Source of the DNA: an uncultured bacterium | GTDB lineage: Bacteria; Armatimonadota; Abditibacteriia; Abditibacteriales; Abditibacteriaceae | Direction of reading: 5' to 3' | DNA length: 64,000 bases | Assembly: GCA_963843795.1 (NCBI GenBank) | Contig: CAWJLW010000006.1 | Location: forward strand, 2,678,375-2,742,374 | Shown: positions 1 through 10,669 of the stretch, one piece after another | How the letters are laid out: the number at the start of each line of letters is the position of its first letter | How positions within the stretch are numbered: position 1 is the first letter of the stretch | The notes under the pieces: model-generated | Told to the model about the DNA's origin: nothing | Seen by the model: the letters and a program-made list of their open reading frames with translations, nothing else | Database searches by the model: none | Position numbers and translations under genes: made by a program

Positions 1-370
1 CGCAGATGCGATACGCGCGATGGCGCATCTCGTCATTTTGCGGAAAGAACATCATCGCGACCGCGAGTTCGCTGTCGCTTTTGAGCAGTTTGCCTTGTCC
101 TTTGCCCAAACCGCGTCGCAGCATCTGAGCGGGGATTTGGGTCAAAATTCCCGCGCCATCGCCCGTTTTGGCATCCGCGGCCACGGCACCGCGATGGGTG
201 AGGCGGCACACCGCTTCGATGCCTTTGCGCACGATGCGATGAGATTTTTCACCGCGCGTCGAGGCGACGAAACCAATGCCACACGCATCGCGTTCCATTT
301 CGGGCAACCACAGGCCTTTACCGTCTGACTCGGGCATTCCATAGCGCAAACCCATCGAAGACTGATTCAT
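1..370 (-). CDS. gltB: Glutamate synthase large subunit, 5' end (continues beyond window start)
   Basis: My translation from ATG 370: MNQSS...ERDACGIGFVAS...LTHRGAVAADAKTGDGAGILTQIP, the GltB amidotransferase N-terminus; GGGAGAG SD upstream. Not in the ORF track. Confidence 0.93.
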   Translation of the reverse strand, partial: MNQSSMGLRYGMPESDGKGLWLPEMERDACGIGFVASTRGEKSHRIVRKGIEAVCRLTHRGAVAADAKTGDGAGILTQIPAQMLRRGLGKGQGKLLKSDSELAVAMMFFPQNDEMRHRAYRIC

Positions 371-523
371 AATCTCTCCCAAACCGCTCTGCAAGTACTT
401 GCAGAGAACAAAACGGTGACGAACACCGCGATATTTTTATTTCCGACTTCCATCAATTTAATGGCAAATAACTCGATAACAACGCCAGCGAACTCGCAAA
501 TGCGCCTACTCATACTTATCACG

Positions 524-570
524 CAGCCATATCGGAATTGTTACGGGAATGTTTCGTGTCATGTAACAAT
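524..570 (-). promoter_or_regulatory. Possible nitrogen-regulator operator upstream of gltB
   Basis: ATTGTTAC...GTAACAAT inverted repeat (537-570); minus strand reads GTTAC-N7-GAAAC-N6-GTAAC, similar to actinobacterial GlnR boxes. Confidence 0.3.
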
Positions 571-696
571 TTTTGGCCTTTCAGTGTGCCCGATAAAGCC
601 GCGTAAAACCGCAGCGTGTAGCTGACAATTTCTAATAATTCTTTTCACACCGTTAATTTTCGCACTTTTGGCGCACAATTGGCGAAGTGCGCTGAT

Positions 697-1356
697 ATGT
701 CCTCAAATCCTTCCACCCAAGATTTATCCGGCAATGCCAATCAGACCGCGCCCAATGGCAAAGATCGCAATGCTGATTTGCACGGCTTCGTGCCTGATTC
801 ATGCACGGTCGCGCTGCTTTTAATCGACGTTATCAACGATTTGGAATTCGACGGCGGCGAGAAACTTTTACCGCACGCACTGCCAATGGCCAAGCGTTTG
901 GCAACGCTTAAAAAGCGCGCGCACGAGGCAAAAATCCCCGTCGTTTACGTCAACGATAATATGGGTCGCTGGCAATCGGATTTTCACGCCGTCGTCGATG
1001 CTTGCTGCGATAGCAGAGTGCGCGGCCACGAAATCGCCAATTTGCTAAAGCCCGACGATCAAGATTATTTTGTTTTAAAGCCCAAACATTCCGGCTTTTA
1101 TTCGACGACGCTCGACTTGTTGTTGCAATATCTCGGCGCACGCACTTTAATTCTCTGCGGAATGGCCGGTGATATTTGCGTTTTGTTTACAGCCAACGAT
1201 GCCTATATGCGCGACTTCAACATCATCGTGCCGTGTGACGGTCTGGCTTCTCAAAGCGAAGAAAATAACACGCACGCCGTCGAAATCATGCAGCGCGTTT
1301 TGAAAGCCCAAACGTCGAAGATCGAAGAACTCGATTTGCCAACGTTGTTGAAATAA
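697..1356 (+). CDS. Isochorismatase-family cysteine hydrolase
   Basis: ALLLIDVIND, KPKHSGF, GMAGDICVLFTANDA motifs (D-K-C triad). Confidence 0.88.
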   Translation: MSSNPSTQDLSGNANQTAPNGKDRNADLHGFVPDSCTVALLLIDVINDLEFDGGEKLLPHALPMAKRLATLKKRAHEAKIPVVYVNDNMGRWQSDFHAVVDACCDSRVRGHEIANLLKPDDQDYFVLKPKHSGFYSTTLDLLLQYLGARTLILCGMAGDICVLFTANDAYMRDFNIIVPCDGLASQSEENNTHAVEIMQRVLKAQTSKIEELDLPTLLK

Positions 1357-1398
1357 ACGGCAGACAAATTCTTTCTGCAGGTACTGGCAAAGCGAATT

Positions 1399-1743
1399 TC
1401 ACGCTTTGCCTTTTCGTTTTTCTTTTGCCTCTTTTTTCGGCTCGACTTCTGGCACTTGCATCCACGGCATTCCCGGCACGCCGCGCCGCGATTCTTTCGC
1501 GGTTTCATCCAGCGCGCGCTTGAAACGTTGTAAGCGGCGCACGGTGATAATTATCATCACCAGCAGCGAAATTCCCAGCGCGAAGTTCCACACCATCGCC
1601 ATTGGCACATTGGCTTTGAGGGCGCTTTGACGCGCTAGAAACCACGCCCACAACAAAACGAAGCTCGCCACCATCGCCAAAGTTTCCCACAGCGGATGCT
1701 TTGTCGTTGGCGTCGAATCGGAAGCAGATTTTCGTGAAGCCAT
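1399..1743 (-). CDS. Small membrane protein (2 TM)
   Basis: 114 aa ORF with two hydrophobic helices; TAAACT-N7-ATG upstream. Confidence 0.7.
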   Translation of the reverse strand: MASRKSASDSTPTTKHPLWETLAMVASFVLLWAWFLARQSALKANVPMAMVWNFALGISLLVMIIITVRRLQRFKRALDETAKESRRGVPGMPWMQVPEVEPKKEAKEKRKGKA

Positions 1744-1827
1744 GCATCACAGTTTATCAAACGAGGCAGCAAGTACTTGCAGCACAATTTCCAGCGCGTA
1801 AACTCGCGCCATTCCAAAGGAGAAAAT

Positions 1828-3873
1828 ATGGCCACCACTTCCGGCAAAACGCTCAAACGCCCGCTCCGTTTTCGTCAAGTCCATCTCGATTTTCACACCA
1901 GCGAGAAAATTCCCGGCATCGGCTCTAAATTCAGCAAAGCCCAATTTCAGGAAATGTTGCAACGCGGTCACGTCGATTCGATTACCGTGTTTTCCAAATG
2001 TCATCACGGTTTGAGTTATCACGATACCGCAGTGGGTGTGCGCCATCCACATCTTGAATGCGATTTGTTGCCTCTGCAATTGGAAGCCTGCCGCGAAATC
2101 GACGTTGAAGCGCCGGTTTATCTCTCGGCGGGTTTGGATGAAGCGATGGCGACGCGTCATCCCGAATGGTGCATTCAAAGCAAGGACGGTAAATTGTTCG
2201 ACCCGCTGCGCGCCGGTTGGAAATTGTTGTCGTTTTCCAGCCCGTATCTCGATTATCTGTGCGCCCAAATCGAGGAAGTCGCCAAAAATTACCGGCCTAT
2301 TGGCATTTTTCTCGACATCATTCATCCGCACCGCGATTACTCTATCTGGGCTTTAGCCAAAATGCGCGAATTGGGTCTTGACCCTGCCAACGACGACGAT
2401 GCCGAAGCCTACGCTCAAATCGCGCTACAAAACTATTTCGAGCGCACGACGGCAGCTTGCAAAGTTGTCGATCCCGACATCCGCATTTTCCACAACAGTG
2501 GCCACATCGCCAAAGGCGCACACCAGTTTTTAAATTGGAACACGCATCTGGAATTGGAATCTCTTCCGACCGGCGGTTGGGGCTACGATCATTTTCCGGT
2601 TTCAGCTAAATACGCCGCTACAACCGGCTACGATTTTCTCGGCATGACCGGAAAATTTCACACCACATGGGGCGAATTCGGCGGTTTCAAACGGCCAAAT
2701 GCTCTGCGCTATGAATGCGCCGCGATGCTGGCTTTTGGCTCCAAATGTTCTATCGGCGACCAACTGCATCCCAGCGGCGAAATGAATGTGGACACTTATG
2801 AACTCATCGGCGCCGCTTATTCCGAAGTCGAAGCCAAGCAGGAATGGTGCGATGAAGTGACTGCGGTCAGCGAAATCGCCTTGTTCTCGCCCGAAGCCTT
2901 GCACACCGAAAAATTAGGCGAATATCGTAGCAAAGGCCAGTCGGAAGAAGGCGCTGCCAGAATGTTGCTCGAACTTGGCAGAGGCTTCGATGTGATTGAT
3001 TTAGAGCGCGATTTATCAAATTACAAACTGGTGATTCTGCCCGATGAAATTGTTTTCGATGGCAGCGCACCAACCGAGCGTTTGCGCGAATCGCTGGGCA
3101 AGTACTTGCAGGACGGCGGCAAAATTTTAGCTTCGGGTGATAGCGGTTTAAATGGCACGCGCAGCGAATTTGTCTTCGATTTCGGTCTGAACGTCAGCGG
3201 CAAAAGCGAATGGAATCCCGATTACATCATCGCCAACGCTTTGACGCCGACGCCATTTGTGCGCGGCCCATTCGTGATTCATAACGGTGCATGGAATGTG
3301 CAGCCCCAGGAAGGCACGCAAGTACTTGCCACGCGCGCCAAGCCTTATTTTAACCGCGCGTGGGATCATTTCTGCTCGCATCAGCACACGCCCGATGAAG
3401 CCGAAATTGAATTTCCCGCCGCGACTTTCAACGGCCAAACCGCTTATTTCGCGCACCCGATTTTCAAATGCTACCGCGAACTCGGCCAGCCATTGTATCG
3501 CGATTTGGTGCAAGATTCTTTGCAGTTGCTGATGGGTGCACCCCAAGTCGAAACCAATTTACCCAGCACGGGCCGCGTTTCGTTGCAGGAACAAATCGAC
3601 CAAAATCGCTACGTTTTGCATCTGCTGCACGCCGTTCCAGTCAAGCGCGGAGCCGATAGTTCGCAGTGGGCTTCGGGCGCAACCAGCGTCGAAATCATCG
3701 AAGATTTGCTGCCAATTCACGACGTCGAGGTAACTTTACACCTGCCGCGCACAATTCAATCCGCGCGCTTGGTGCCGGAAAATCGCGACCTGAATTTGGT
3801 GCGTGATAACGACAGCGTGAGCTTCAAGTTGGACAAATTGATTTGTCATGCGATGATTGAGTTGAGTTACTGA
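1828..3873 (+). CDS. GH151-like alpha-L-fucosidase / beta-galactosidase trimerization domain protein
   Basis: FRQVHLDFHTSE, FSKCHHG, ELESLPTGGWGY, GMTGKFHTTWGEFGG motifs; AAGGAG SD before ATG 1828. Confidence 0.82.
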   Translation: MATTSGKTLKRPLRFRQVHLDFHTSEKIPGIGSKFSKAQFQEMLQRGHVDSITVFSKCHHGLSYHDTAVGVRHPHLECDLLPLQLEACREIDVEAPVYLSAGLDEAMATRHPEWCIQSKDGKLFDPLRAGWKLLSFSSPYLDYLCAQIEEVAKNYRPIGIFLDIIHPHRDYSIWALAKMRELGLDPANDDDAEAYAQIALQNYFERTTAACKVVDPDIRIFHNSGHIAKGAHQFLNWNTHLELESLPTGGWGYDHFPVSAKYAATTGYDFLGMTGKFHTTWGEFGGFKRPNALRYECAAMLAFGSKCSIGDQLHPSGEMNVDTYELIGAAYSEVEAKQEWCDEVTAVSEIALFSPEALHTEKLGEYRSKGQSEEGAARMLLELGRGFDVIDLERDLSNYKLVILPDEIVFDGSAPTERLRESLGKYLQDGGKILASGDSGLNGTRSEFVFDFGLNVSGKSEWNPDYIIANALTPTPFVRGPFVIHNGAWNVQPQEGTQVLATRAKPYFNRAWDHFCSHQHTPDEAEIEFPAATFNGQTAYFAHPIFKCYRELGQPLYRDLVQDSLQLLMGAPQVETNLPSTGRVSLQEQIDQNRYVLHLLHAVPVKRGADSSQWASGATSVEIIEDLLPIHDVEVTLHLPRTIQSARLVPENRDLNLVRDNDSVSFKLDKLICHAMIELSY

Positions 3874-3941
3874 AGTGGACAAAACTGTGAAAATAGGCAA
3901 AACCTAAAAAGCGCAAAAATTGTTGGCTAACTGACAAGCAC

Positions 3942-3975
3942 AAAATCGCACTGCAAGTACTTGCAGTGCGATTTT
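3942..3975. terminator. Bidirectional terminator hairpin with GCAAGTACTTGC core
   Basis: 34-bp perfect palindrome with A/T tracts, between convergent genes. Confidence 0.8.
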
Positions 3976-3988
3976 TTACATTTTCACG

Positions 3989-4459
3989 CTATCGCTTGAT
4001 TTGTGGCGTCCAACGATATGCGACCGCGATACGATTCCAGGCGTTAATCATCACGATGGTGCTGGTGAGCAATGCCAGCTCCTGCTCCGAAAAATGCCGA
4101 GAAGCTGCTTCATACACGTCATCGGGAACGTGGCTCTCGGCGACCAGCGTGATGGCTTCTGTCCACGCCAGAGCGGCGCGTTCGCGTTCGCTGTAAACCG
4201 GCGCTTCACGCCACGCGCACAGCAGTTGCAATCTGGCATCGGTTTCACCCAATTTTTGGGCGTCGGCAAAATGCATATTAAGACAAAAAGCGCAACCGTT
4301 GATTTGTGAGGCGCGTAACTTCACCAATTCCACTAACGTTGCTTCCAAACTGCTGTCACTGATTGCACGACCCATAGCGCGCAACGCACCAGTCGTTTCA
4401 GGCGCCAGTTCGTGAAATTTTGCTAACTCTGAGCGCGATTGTGGTTTGTGAATTTCCAT
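3989..4459 (-). CDS. Carboxymuconolactone decarboxylase / AhpD family protein
   Basis: ELVKLRASQINGCAFCLNMH, ERERAALAWTE, INAWNR. Confidence 0.9.
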   Translation of the reverse strand: MEIHKPQSRSELAKFHELAPETTGALRAMGRAISDSSLEATLVELVKLRASQINGCAFCLNMHFADAQKLGETDARLQLLCAWREAPVYSERERAALAWTEAITLVAESHVPDDVYEAASRHFSEQELALLTSTIVMINAWNRIAVAYRWTPQIKR

Positions 4460-4464
4460 AAAAT

Positions 4465-5283
4465 TCAATTGTAGTCGCGCACGACGTTTTCAATCAGTTC
4501 GCGCGCGCTGGCAATATCGCGTTTTTGCGCTTCGCCACCGATTTCGCGTTCGATAATCAATGGCCCGCGAAAGCCGCCATCCAATAACGCGCGCAGCCAA
4601 GGTTCAAAATCGACTTCGCCTTTGCCCAGCGGTTCTTCGTGACCTAAATGGCCTTCTTTAGTCGGCCAGCAGCCATCTTTGCAATGCACGCTGACAATCC
4701 ACGGCGCAAGTACTTGCAGGGCGTCCAAAGGCTTGTCGTTGCCATACATCATCATATTCGCCGGATCAAAATTGACGCGCAGATTATCGCGCCCAACATC
4801 GTTGATAAAGCGCGCTAGGGTGTTCGCAGTTTCCTGACCGGTTTCCAGAGCAAAAATCTGATCGTGCTTTGCCAGTTCGTCGCAAATATCGCGCGTCTGC
4901 TGCACGATTTCATCGTATAACGGATCGCTGGCGTTTTCGGGAATGAAGCCGATGTGGGTTTGCACCTGCGCGACGCCAAGTTGCTGCGCGAAGTGGGCGA
5001 TGTGCAAAAAATGTTCGATGCGCGCCTCGCGCGTGGCGGGCGGAACGAGACCGACGGTGTGCTGCACAGTTTCGATATCAGCGTAACTTTCGCCCGCGAA
5101 ATGCGCAATGACGGCAGAAATTTCAATGGGATGATGCAGCAGCGCCGCCATCAAAGGCGCGGCTTCGAGAGACGCGGGCGGGAAAATCTGCGCAGTTTCG
5201 AGCTGTAAATCTTGCAATTGTTGTAAATCGTGTTCGGGTTCGTCGCCAATGCTCCACGTCGAACCAATAATTAATTTTTTCAT
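4465..5283 (-). CDS. Sugar phosphate isomerase/epimerase (AP endonuclease 2 TIM barrel)
   Basis: ALETGQE, VNFDPAN, VHCKD, IIERE; ATG 5283 overlaps the hisD stop. Confidence 0.85.
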   Translation of the reverse strand: MKKLIIGSTWSIGDEPEHDLQQLQDLQLETAQIFPPASLEAAPLMAALLHHPIEISAVIAHFAGESYADIETVQHTVGLVPPATREARIEHFLHIAHFAQQLGVAQVQTHIGFIPENASDPLYDEIVQQTRDICDELAKHDQIFALETGQETANTLARFINDVGRDNLRVNFDPANMMMYGNDKPLDALQVLAPWIVSVHCKDGCWPTKEGHLGHEEPLGKGEVDFEPWLRALLDGGFRGPLIIEREIGGEAQKRDIASARELIENVVRDYN

Positions 5284-6590
5284 AGTGATTCCTTGTTGTT
5301 CGCCGCCATTTTCACCGCAGCGGCGTGTCCGGGCAAATCTTCCAAGAGCGCGATAATTTCCAAGTCGTCGGCCATTTTCGCAATCGCGCTGGGCGGCGCG
5401 GCCAATAGACTGCTGCGTTTCAAAAACGTCGCAACATCGACGCCACCGGAAAAACGTGCCGTACCGCCCGTCGGCAAGGTGTGTGATGGGCCAGCCATGT
5501 AATCGCCCAACGGCACCGGCGTGTTGAGAAAAATCGCGCCCGCGTGACGAATGTGGGCGCTCAAACCCAGCGCATCGCAGCTCCAAATTTCTAAATGCTC
5601 GGCTGCCGCTAAATTCGCTAGTTCGCACATTTGATTGGTATCGGTCACGCACAGCACCAAACCGTTGGGGAGAGATTGTTCTAAAATTTCGCGGCGCGGG
5701 CTGGCAAGTACTTGCGTTTGTAACTGTGCAAGTACTTGCTGCGAGATTTCATTGCTGTGACAAATCAAACACGCCCACGAATCGGCACCGTGTTCAGCTT
5801 GAGCCAATAAATCGGCGGCGATTTGCGCGCTGAGGTTGTCATCAATTTTGCGATAGTCGCAGACAATTACAACATCGCTTGGTCCGTATAAGCCATCGAC
5901 GCCGACCGCGCCGAAAACGTGTTTCTTGGCCAGCGTGCCGTAGATATTGGCCGGGCCAGCAATAGTATCGACGCGCGCAATCGTTTGGGTGCCATAAGCC
6001 ATTGCCGCAATCGCAACCGCGCCGCCCACTTTATAAATTTCTTCGATGCCGGCAATTTTCGCAGCCGCCAAAATGACCGGATGCAAGCTGCCATCGCGCG
6101 AAGGCGGCGAAGCGAGTACAATTTCGCGCACGCCAGCGACTTTAGCGGGCATCGCGACCGCCAAAACGCTTGATGGCAGCGCGGCGCGCGCGTTGGGCGC
6201 ATATAAACCGGCGCGGTCAACTGGCGTGAAACGCTGGCCCAAAAATGCGCCGTCAGGCGAAATTGTGTGCCAATCGCTGCGTGGCTGATGGCTGTGAAAA
6301 GCGGCGATATTGTCTGCCGCGCGCTGCAAAGCTTTTTTTTGCGCCGAATCCAACGTACGCCACGCGGCCTCGATTTCTGAGGGCGCAACGCGTAATTGTT
6401 CGCGCGTCAAATTTGGGCAGTCGAACTGGCGCTCGAAGCGCAAAACCGCCTCATCGCCTTCGCGGCGCACCGCATCGCAAACTTCGCGTACGATGGTTTC
6501 GATTTTGGGCTGGTCTTCAAAGGCGCGCGCGACGTTGGCTTTTTCCAAAGCGGCGCGGCACGATTCTAAACCGGAAAATACGGGCAACAT
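5280..6590 (-). CDS. hisD: Histidinol dehydrogenase
   Basis: DLLAQAEH, AEHLEI, GDYMAGPSHTLPTGG motifs. Confidence 0.95.
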   Translation of the reverse strand: MLPVFSGLESCRAALEKANVARAFEDQPKIETIVREVCDAVRREGDEAVLRFERQFDCPNLTREQLRVAPSEIEAAWRTLDSAQKKALQRAADNIAAFHSHQPRSDWHTISPDGAFLGQRFTPVDRAGLYAPNARAALPSSVLAVAMPAKVAGVREIVLASPPSRDGSLHPVILAAAKIAGIEEIYKVGGAVAIAAMAYGTQTIARVDTIAGPANIYGTLAKKHVFGAVGVDGLYGPSDVVIVCDYRKIDDNLSAQIAADLLAQAEHGADSWACLICHSNEISQQVLAQLQTQVLASPRREILEQSLPNGLVLCVTDTNQMCELANLAAAEHLEIWSCDALGLSAHIRHAGAIFLNTPVPLGDYMAGPSHTLPTGGTARFSGGVDVATFLKRSSLLAAPPSAIAKMADDLEIIALLEDLPGHAAAVKMAANNKESL

Positions 6591-6648
6591 AAAAATGATG
6601 AAATGAATAAAGCGGCGCGCGTTATTTTAGCAAATGATGGAGAAGACG

Positions 6649-7473
6649 ATGAAAGTTTTGGTCACCGGTAGTTCGGGCATGATTGGCAAGTTCGTGTGCC
6701 GGGAATTGCGCCGTTCGGGACACGAAGTTTCCGAATTCGATCTTGTGCACGGTCAAGATATTTTTAACGTGGAACAAATTTTTCAAGCGATGCAAAATTG
6801 TCAGGCCGTCGTGCATTTGGCGGCGCTGTTGGGCGAGGAAAACCAGAGTTCGGAAGATATTTATAAAGTAAATCTCTTGGGGACGGGAATGATTGTGGAT
6901 ATAGCATCCGATACGGACGTAGAGCGCATCGTGCTCTTTAGTAGCTTGGAAGTGTTGGGCATTTTTCGCGGCGAACGCGCGCCCGATTATCTACCAATTG
7001 ATGACGCGCATTCCTGCTATCCACAATCGCCATATGCAACATCCAAACACGTTAGCGAACAATTGTTGCACGATTGCACATCAATCTACGGCGCAGAAAG
7101 TATTTGTCTGCGTTTGCCGGGCGTTTTCACCGCCGAAACTTACGATTTCATTCGCGAAGCGCGGCGGAAAAATCCGGAATTTGAGTGGCATCCTTTCTGG
7201 CAGTACGGCGCGTTCTTGGACGTGCGCGATGCGGCAACTGCCGCACGATACGCCCTTTCGTGCCCACTTTCCGATCACATCACGCTAAATTTGTGCGCCG
7301 ATGATATTTCTTCGTCCACACTCAATAGCCGCGAATTGGCGCGGTTGGTTTGTCCCGAAGTCGAATGGCGCGGCGGCGCAGAATATGACGGGCAACCGTT
7401 TAAAGCGCTGGTTGATAACCAAAGGGCGAAAGATATTCTAGGCTGGCAGCCGCAATACAAATGGCGTCCCTGA
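6649..7473 (+). CDS. NAD-dependent epimerase/dehydratase
   Basis: VLVTGSSGMIG, HLAA, YATSK. Confidence 0.88.
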   Translation: MKVLVTGSSGMIGKFVCRELRRSGHEVSEFDLVHGQDIFNVEQIFQAMQNCQAVVHLAALLGEENQSSEDIYKVNLLGTGMIVDIASDTDVERIVLFSSLEVLGIFRGERAPDYLPIDDAHSCYPQSPYATSKHVSEQLLHDCTSIYGAESICLRLPGVFTAETYDFIREARRKNPEFEWHPFWQYGAFLDVRDAATAARYALSCPLSDHITLNLCADDISSSTLNSRELARLVCPEVEWRGGAEYDGQPFKALVDNQRAKDILGWQPQYKWRP

Positions 7474-7480
7474 GAATCGT

Positions 7481-7514
7481 AAAATCCCGCTGCAAGTACT
7501 TGCAGCGGGATTTT
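7481..7514. terminator. Bidirectional terminator hairpin with palindrome core
   Basis: 34-bp perfect palindrome plus T7 tract, between convergent genes. Confidence 0.82.
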
Positions 7515-7531
7515 TTTCCATCCGACAACCA

Positions 7532-8527
7532 TCAGCGCGCAGCGGGACGTGCGATGGCTTCTTTTTCTGCCGATTCGTAAATCGCGTCCATCAGTTCGCT
7601 TTGATTCACGCCGTTAATTGGGCTGGTTTGCGCTTCGGCGCGACCCAGAATTGCATCAATGAAATTATCGTCTGGCGATTGCGCTTCGCCTTTAAGTTCC
7701 GGCTCGATTTTTTCGCGGCCTTTCCATACATCGATTTTGCTGCCGCCCCAACCGTCAATCTCGACGCGGCCACCATCGAATGTATAAGTCATGCCCGAAC
7801 CATCGACCGGACAGTTGCCGGCAATCGTCATCGTGGCCAGCACACCGTTTTTGAATTTGATGTTCACGGTGCCGTTGATATCGACCGGCGTGCCCATATT
7901 ATCGACGAACGCCAAAACGGCTTCAACCGGCGCTTCCACGCTCCACACCAATGAGTTGAACATATGCGCGCCGGAATCATACATTTGGCCCCCGCCCGAA
8001 AGTTCGGGTTTCTGGCGCCAAGTTCCCGTCGTGCCCTTTTTCCAGTTCTGGGTTTGCCAGCCAGTCACCGTTTCCAATTTTCCCAATTCGTTATTGCGAA
8101 TCGCATCGCGCAACCAGCGAAAAGCGGGCGTGCACGGCGTATTGTAGCCAACGACAAAAATTTTGCCGGTTTCTTCGGCCTTCTTCGCCAGTTCGTGCGC
8201 CTGACCCGATTCGGTCACCATCGGTTTCTCCATAAACACATGACAGCCCGCGTTCAAGGCTTGCATTCCGTGTTCAAAGTGCATAGTGTGCGGCGTCACG
8301 ATAGTTACGGCGTCAGGCTTGGCTTGAGCATACATGGTCGCAGCGTCGGTAAAAACCTGCGGACGAGGTTCGTAGCCTTCCAAATTTCGGTCGATGTAAC
8401 CGTTGACGATTTCTTCGTTCACGTCGCACAGCGCGACAATTTCGACATCTGAATTTTTCTTGTAACGCCGCGCGTGTTCGCCCGACATCCCGCCGCAGCC
8501 CAGAATCGCCATTTTCACTTTCGCCAT
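7532..8527 (-). CDS. Gfo/Idh/MocA oxidoreductase
   Basis: ILGCGGM, TPHTMH, MEKPM, GGGQMYDSGAH. Confidence 0.9.
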   Translation of the reverse strand: MAKVKMAILGCGGMSGEHARRYKKNSDVEIVALCDVNEEIVNGYIDRNLEGYEPRPQVFTDAATMYAQAKPDAVTIVTPHTMHFEHGMQALNAGCHVFMEKPMVTESGQAHELAKKAEETGKIFVVGYNTPCTPAFRWLRDAIRNNELGKLETVTGWQTQNWKKGTTGTWRQKPELSGGGQMYDSGAHMFNSLVWSVEAPVEAVLAFVDNMGTPVDINGTVNIKFKNGVLATMTIAGNCPVDGSGMTYTFDGGRVEIDGWGGSKIDVWKGREKIEPELKGEAQSPDDNFIDAILGRAEAQTSPINGVNQSELMDAIYESAEKEAIARPAAR

Positions 8528-8783
8528 TGCACTTCTCTCCCTCGAAACCTAAAAATAATGCCCTGCAAGTACTTGCAGGGCGCTTGAGGCCATTTTCGCG
8601 CAGATAAACCTGCGCGCAAGACCGAACAAACCGTTTTTTCGACCACACGACATCATATCGCGTTGCGCTTTCTTTTCATAAATTTAACTCGAAAATTTCG
8701 ACGAGAAACGTAATTTAAAGAATTGTTAGCCTGTTCTTAAAGTCTGTGCTTTCATACTGAGCAGCGAATCGAAAGGAGAACAT

Positions 8784-9452
8784 ATGTTTGAAAAATCACA
8801 AGACAAGTTGAAACAGCCACCGCAAAAAAATGCTGCAAAACCCGGTTTTACTTTGATTGAGCTTTTAGTTGTCATAGCGATCATTGCAATTCTTGCTGCG
8901 ATCTTATTTCCGGTGTTTGCGCGCGCCCGCGAGAATGCGCGCAAAGCTAGTTGCGCCAGTAATTTGAAGCAAATTGGTCTGGGGCTGGCGCAATACCATC
9001 AAGACTACGAGCGGTTTGTCGCCAATGGCCAAACCGAAACCACCAATCCGCGCGTGCGCCTTGATCCTTATATCAAGAGCGATCAGATTTGGGTTTGCCC
9101 CAGCGAAGCGAATGCAACGGTTCGCGCGATGAGTAGCGGGCGCACCGTGAGTTATATGCTGAACAATCAATTACAGGCGCGTCAGGATGCCGATATTCGT
9201 TTCCCGGCACAAATGGTTGTCACTCACGATTCCGATCCCGGCGAACTGGGCTGGAACGAGGGCAACACTTGGGATAGCGGCAAAACTACCGACTGGCCGC
9301 ATTTGCGCGCTAACAATACGGGACGCGAAAGCTATCTCGAGCCTTGGTTCCAACGCCATAACGGAACCTTCAACGCGCTGTTTTACGATGGCCACGTCAA
9401 AAGTATTATCGCTGCGCCGACCACACTCACCGACGACAATTTCCTTCCCTAA
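8784..9452 (+). CDS. DUF1559-type prepilin N-terminal cleavage/methylation protein with H-X9-DG motif
   Basis: [46 protein letters not shown]. Confidence 0.92.
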   Translation: MFEKSQDKLKQPPQKNAAKPGFTLIELLVVIAIIAILAAILFPVFARARENARKASCASNLKQIGLGLAQYHQDYERFVANGQTETTNPRVRLDPYIKSDQIWVCPSEANATVRAMSSGRTVSYMLNNQLQARQDADIRFPAQMVVTHDSDPGELGWNEGNTWDSGKTTDWPHLRANNTGRESYLEPWFQRHNGTFNALFYDGHVKSIIAAPTTLTDDNFLP

Positions 9453-9476
9453 CCTGCACTCATTCAGGAGTTTCCC

Positions 9477-9806
9477 ATGCCACGCTTACACATAATGCAA
9501 GGCACGTCGCGCAAAGCCAAGCGCGCGACTCAACCCAGCCGACCCACTGAAATTACTAAGCGCGAGATTACCAAAGCCGACGCGCTCAAAATCGCTATCG
9601 GCGGCGCCGTTATCGTCGCTTCACTGTTCTTCGGAATGACGAAGTCCAATAATAACAACGCACAACACGAACAGGCGCGAATGCGTGTGCAAATGCAGCG
9701 CGAATCGGGCGCTGTTCCCGGCGACATCGACGCCGATCTTGCGCCCGCGCAGGCCGACGAGGCCGGAAACCAGCGCGAAGAAGAAAACGCCAATTTCCAA
9801 GCCTAA
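9477..9806 (+). CDS. Small single-TM hypothetical protein
   Basis: AGGAG SD; one TM helix; co-oriented between two DUF1559 genes. Confidence 0.65.
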   Translation: MPRLHIMQGTSRKAKRATQPSRPTEITKREITKADALKIAIGGAVIVASLFFGMTKSNNNNAQHEQARMRVQMQRESGAVPGDIDADLAPAQADEAGNQREEENANFQA

Positions 9807-9842
9807 ATATTCACAATTCAACCCTTCTCACAGGAAATTCTC

Positions 9843-10613
9843 ATGTTTTTAACTCAAAATCTACGCCGCACGAACAGGCCCAAGGGCTTTACTTTAATCG
9901 AACTGTTAGTTGTGATTGCCATTATTGCAATTCTTGCAGCGATTCTGTTTCCAGTTTTCGCTCAGGCACGCGAAGGCGCGCGCCGCACCGCGTGTCTGTC
10001 GAATTTAAAACAGTTAGGCACCGCGTTCCAGATGTATCAGCAAGATTACGACGGTCATTTTCACAAAGGCGAAAATATCACCACACCGGCCGTCAATGGC
10101 TTTGGCGCGCACAACGACATCGATGGCTGGACGGAATGGCCATGGTTTTATGGGCCTTATGTGAAAAACGTTGGTGTCTTCGATTGTCCTTCCAGCCCGG
10201 ATGGGACAGAAAACCTGACTGGCATCAACTGGGGCAACGATGGCAATTATGGGTACAATTATGATGGCCTGACACGCGATGTAAATAATCCGGCGCGTAT
10301 TGATGCCGAAATCGAGCGCCCTGCGGAAACTTTCGTTTTCTTTGATTGTGGCGATACTTCCGTGCGCGCGGGTGAAAACAATTGGGACGGCTTAATGGAA
10401 GAACTGGATTTGGACTGGGACAGCAAACGCGAGGGCGCGATTCGTCATCAGGGCCGCACCAACGTCGTGTTCGCCGATGGCCATGCCAAATCGGTCACGC
10501 CAGCGCAACTGCTTAAACGAAACGCCAACAATGTGGCGCCATGGATGATCGATTGGACGGATTGCAACCCGACCTGCACCGAACCTGCTTTCGACCCGAC
10601 GCCGTGGAATTGA
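9843..10613 (+). CDS. DUF1559-type prepilin protein with H-X9-DG motif
   Basis: [33 protein letters not shown]. Confidence 0.92.
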   Translation: MFLTQNLRRTNRPKGFTLIELLVVIAIIAILAAILFPVFAQAREGARRTACLSNLKQLGTAFQMYQQDYDGHFHKGENITTPAVNGFGAHNDIDGWTEWPWFYGPYVKNVGVFDCPSSPDGTENLTGINWGNDGNYGYNYDGLTRDVNNPARIDAEIERPAETFVFFDCGDTSVRAGENNWDGLMEELDLDWDSKREGAIRHQGRTNVVFADGHAKSVTPAQLLKRNANNVAPWMIDWTDCNPTCTEPAFDPTPWN

Positions 10614-10669
10614 TTACTTGTTAAAAACTCAATTGCAGCAACTGCAAGTACTTGCAAAGGACATTTTCG

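Noticed and set aside
20..342. ORFs 20..328 (+) and 142..342 (-)
   Set aside because: Shadow frames of the gltB 5' end.
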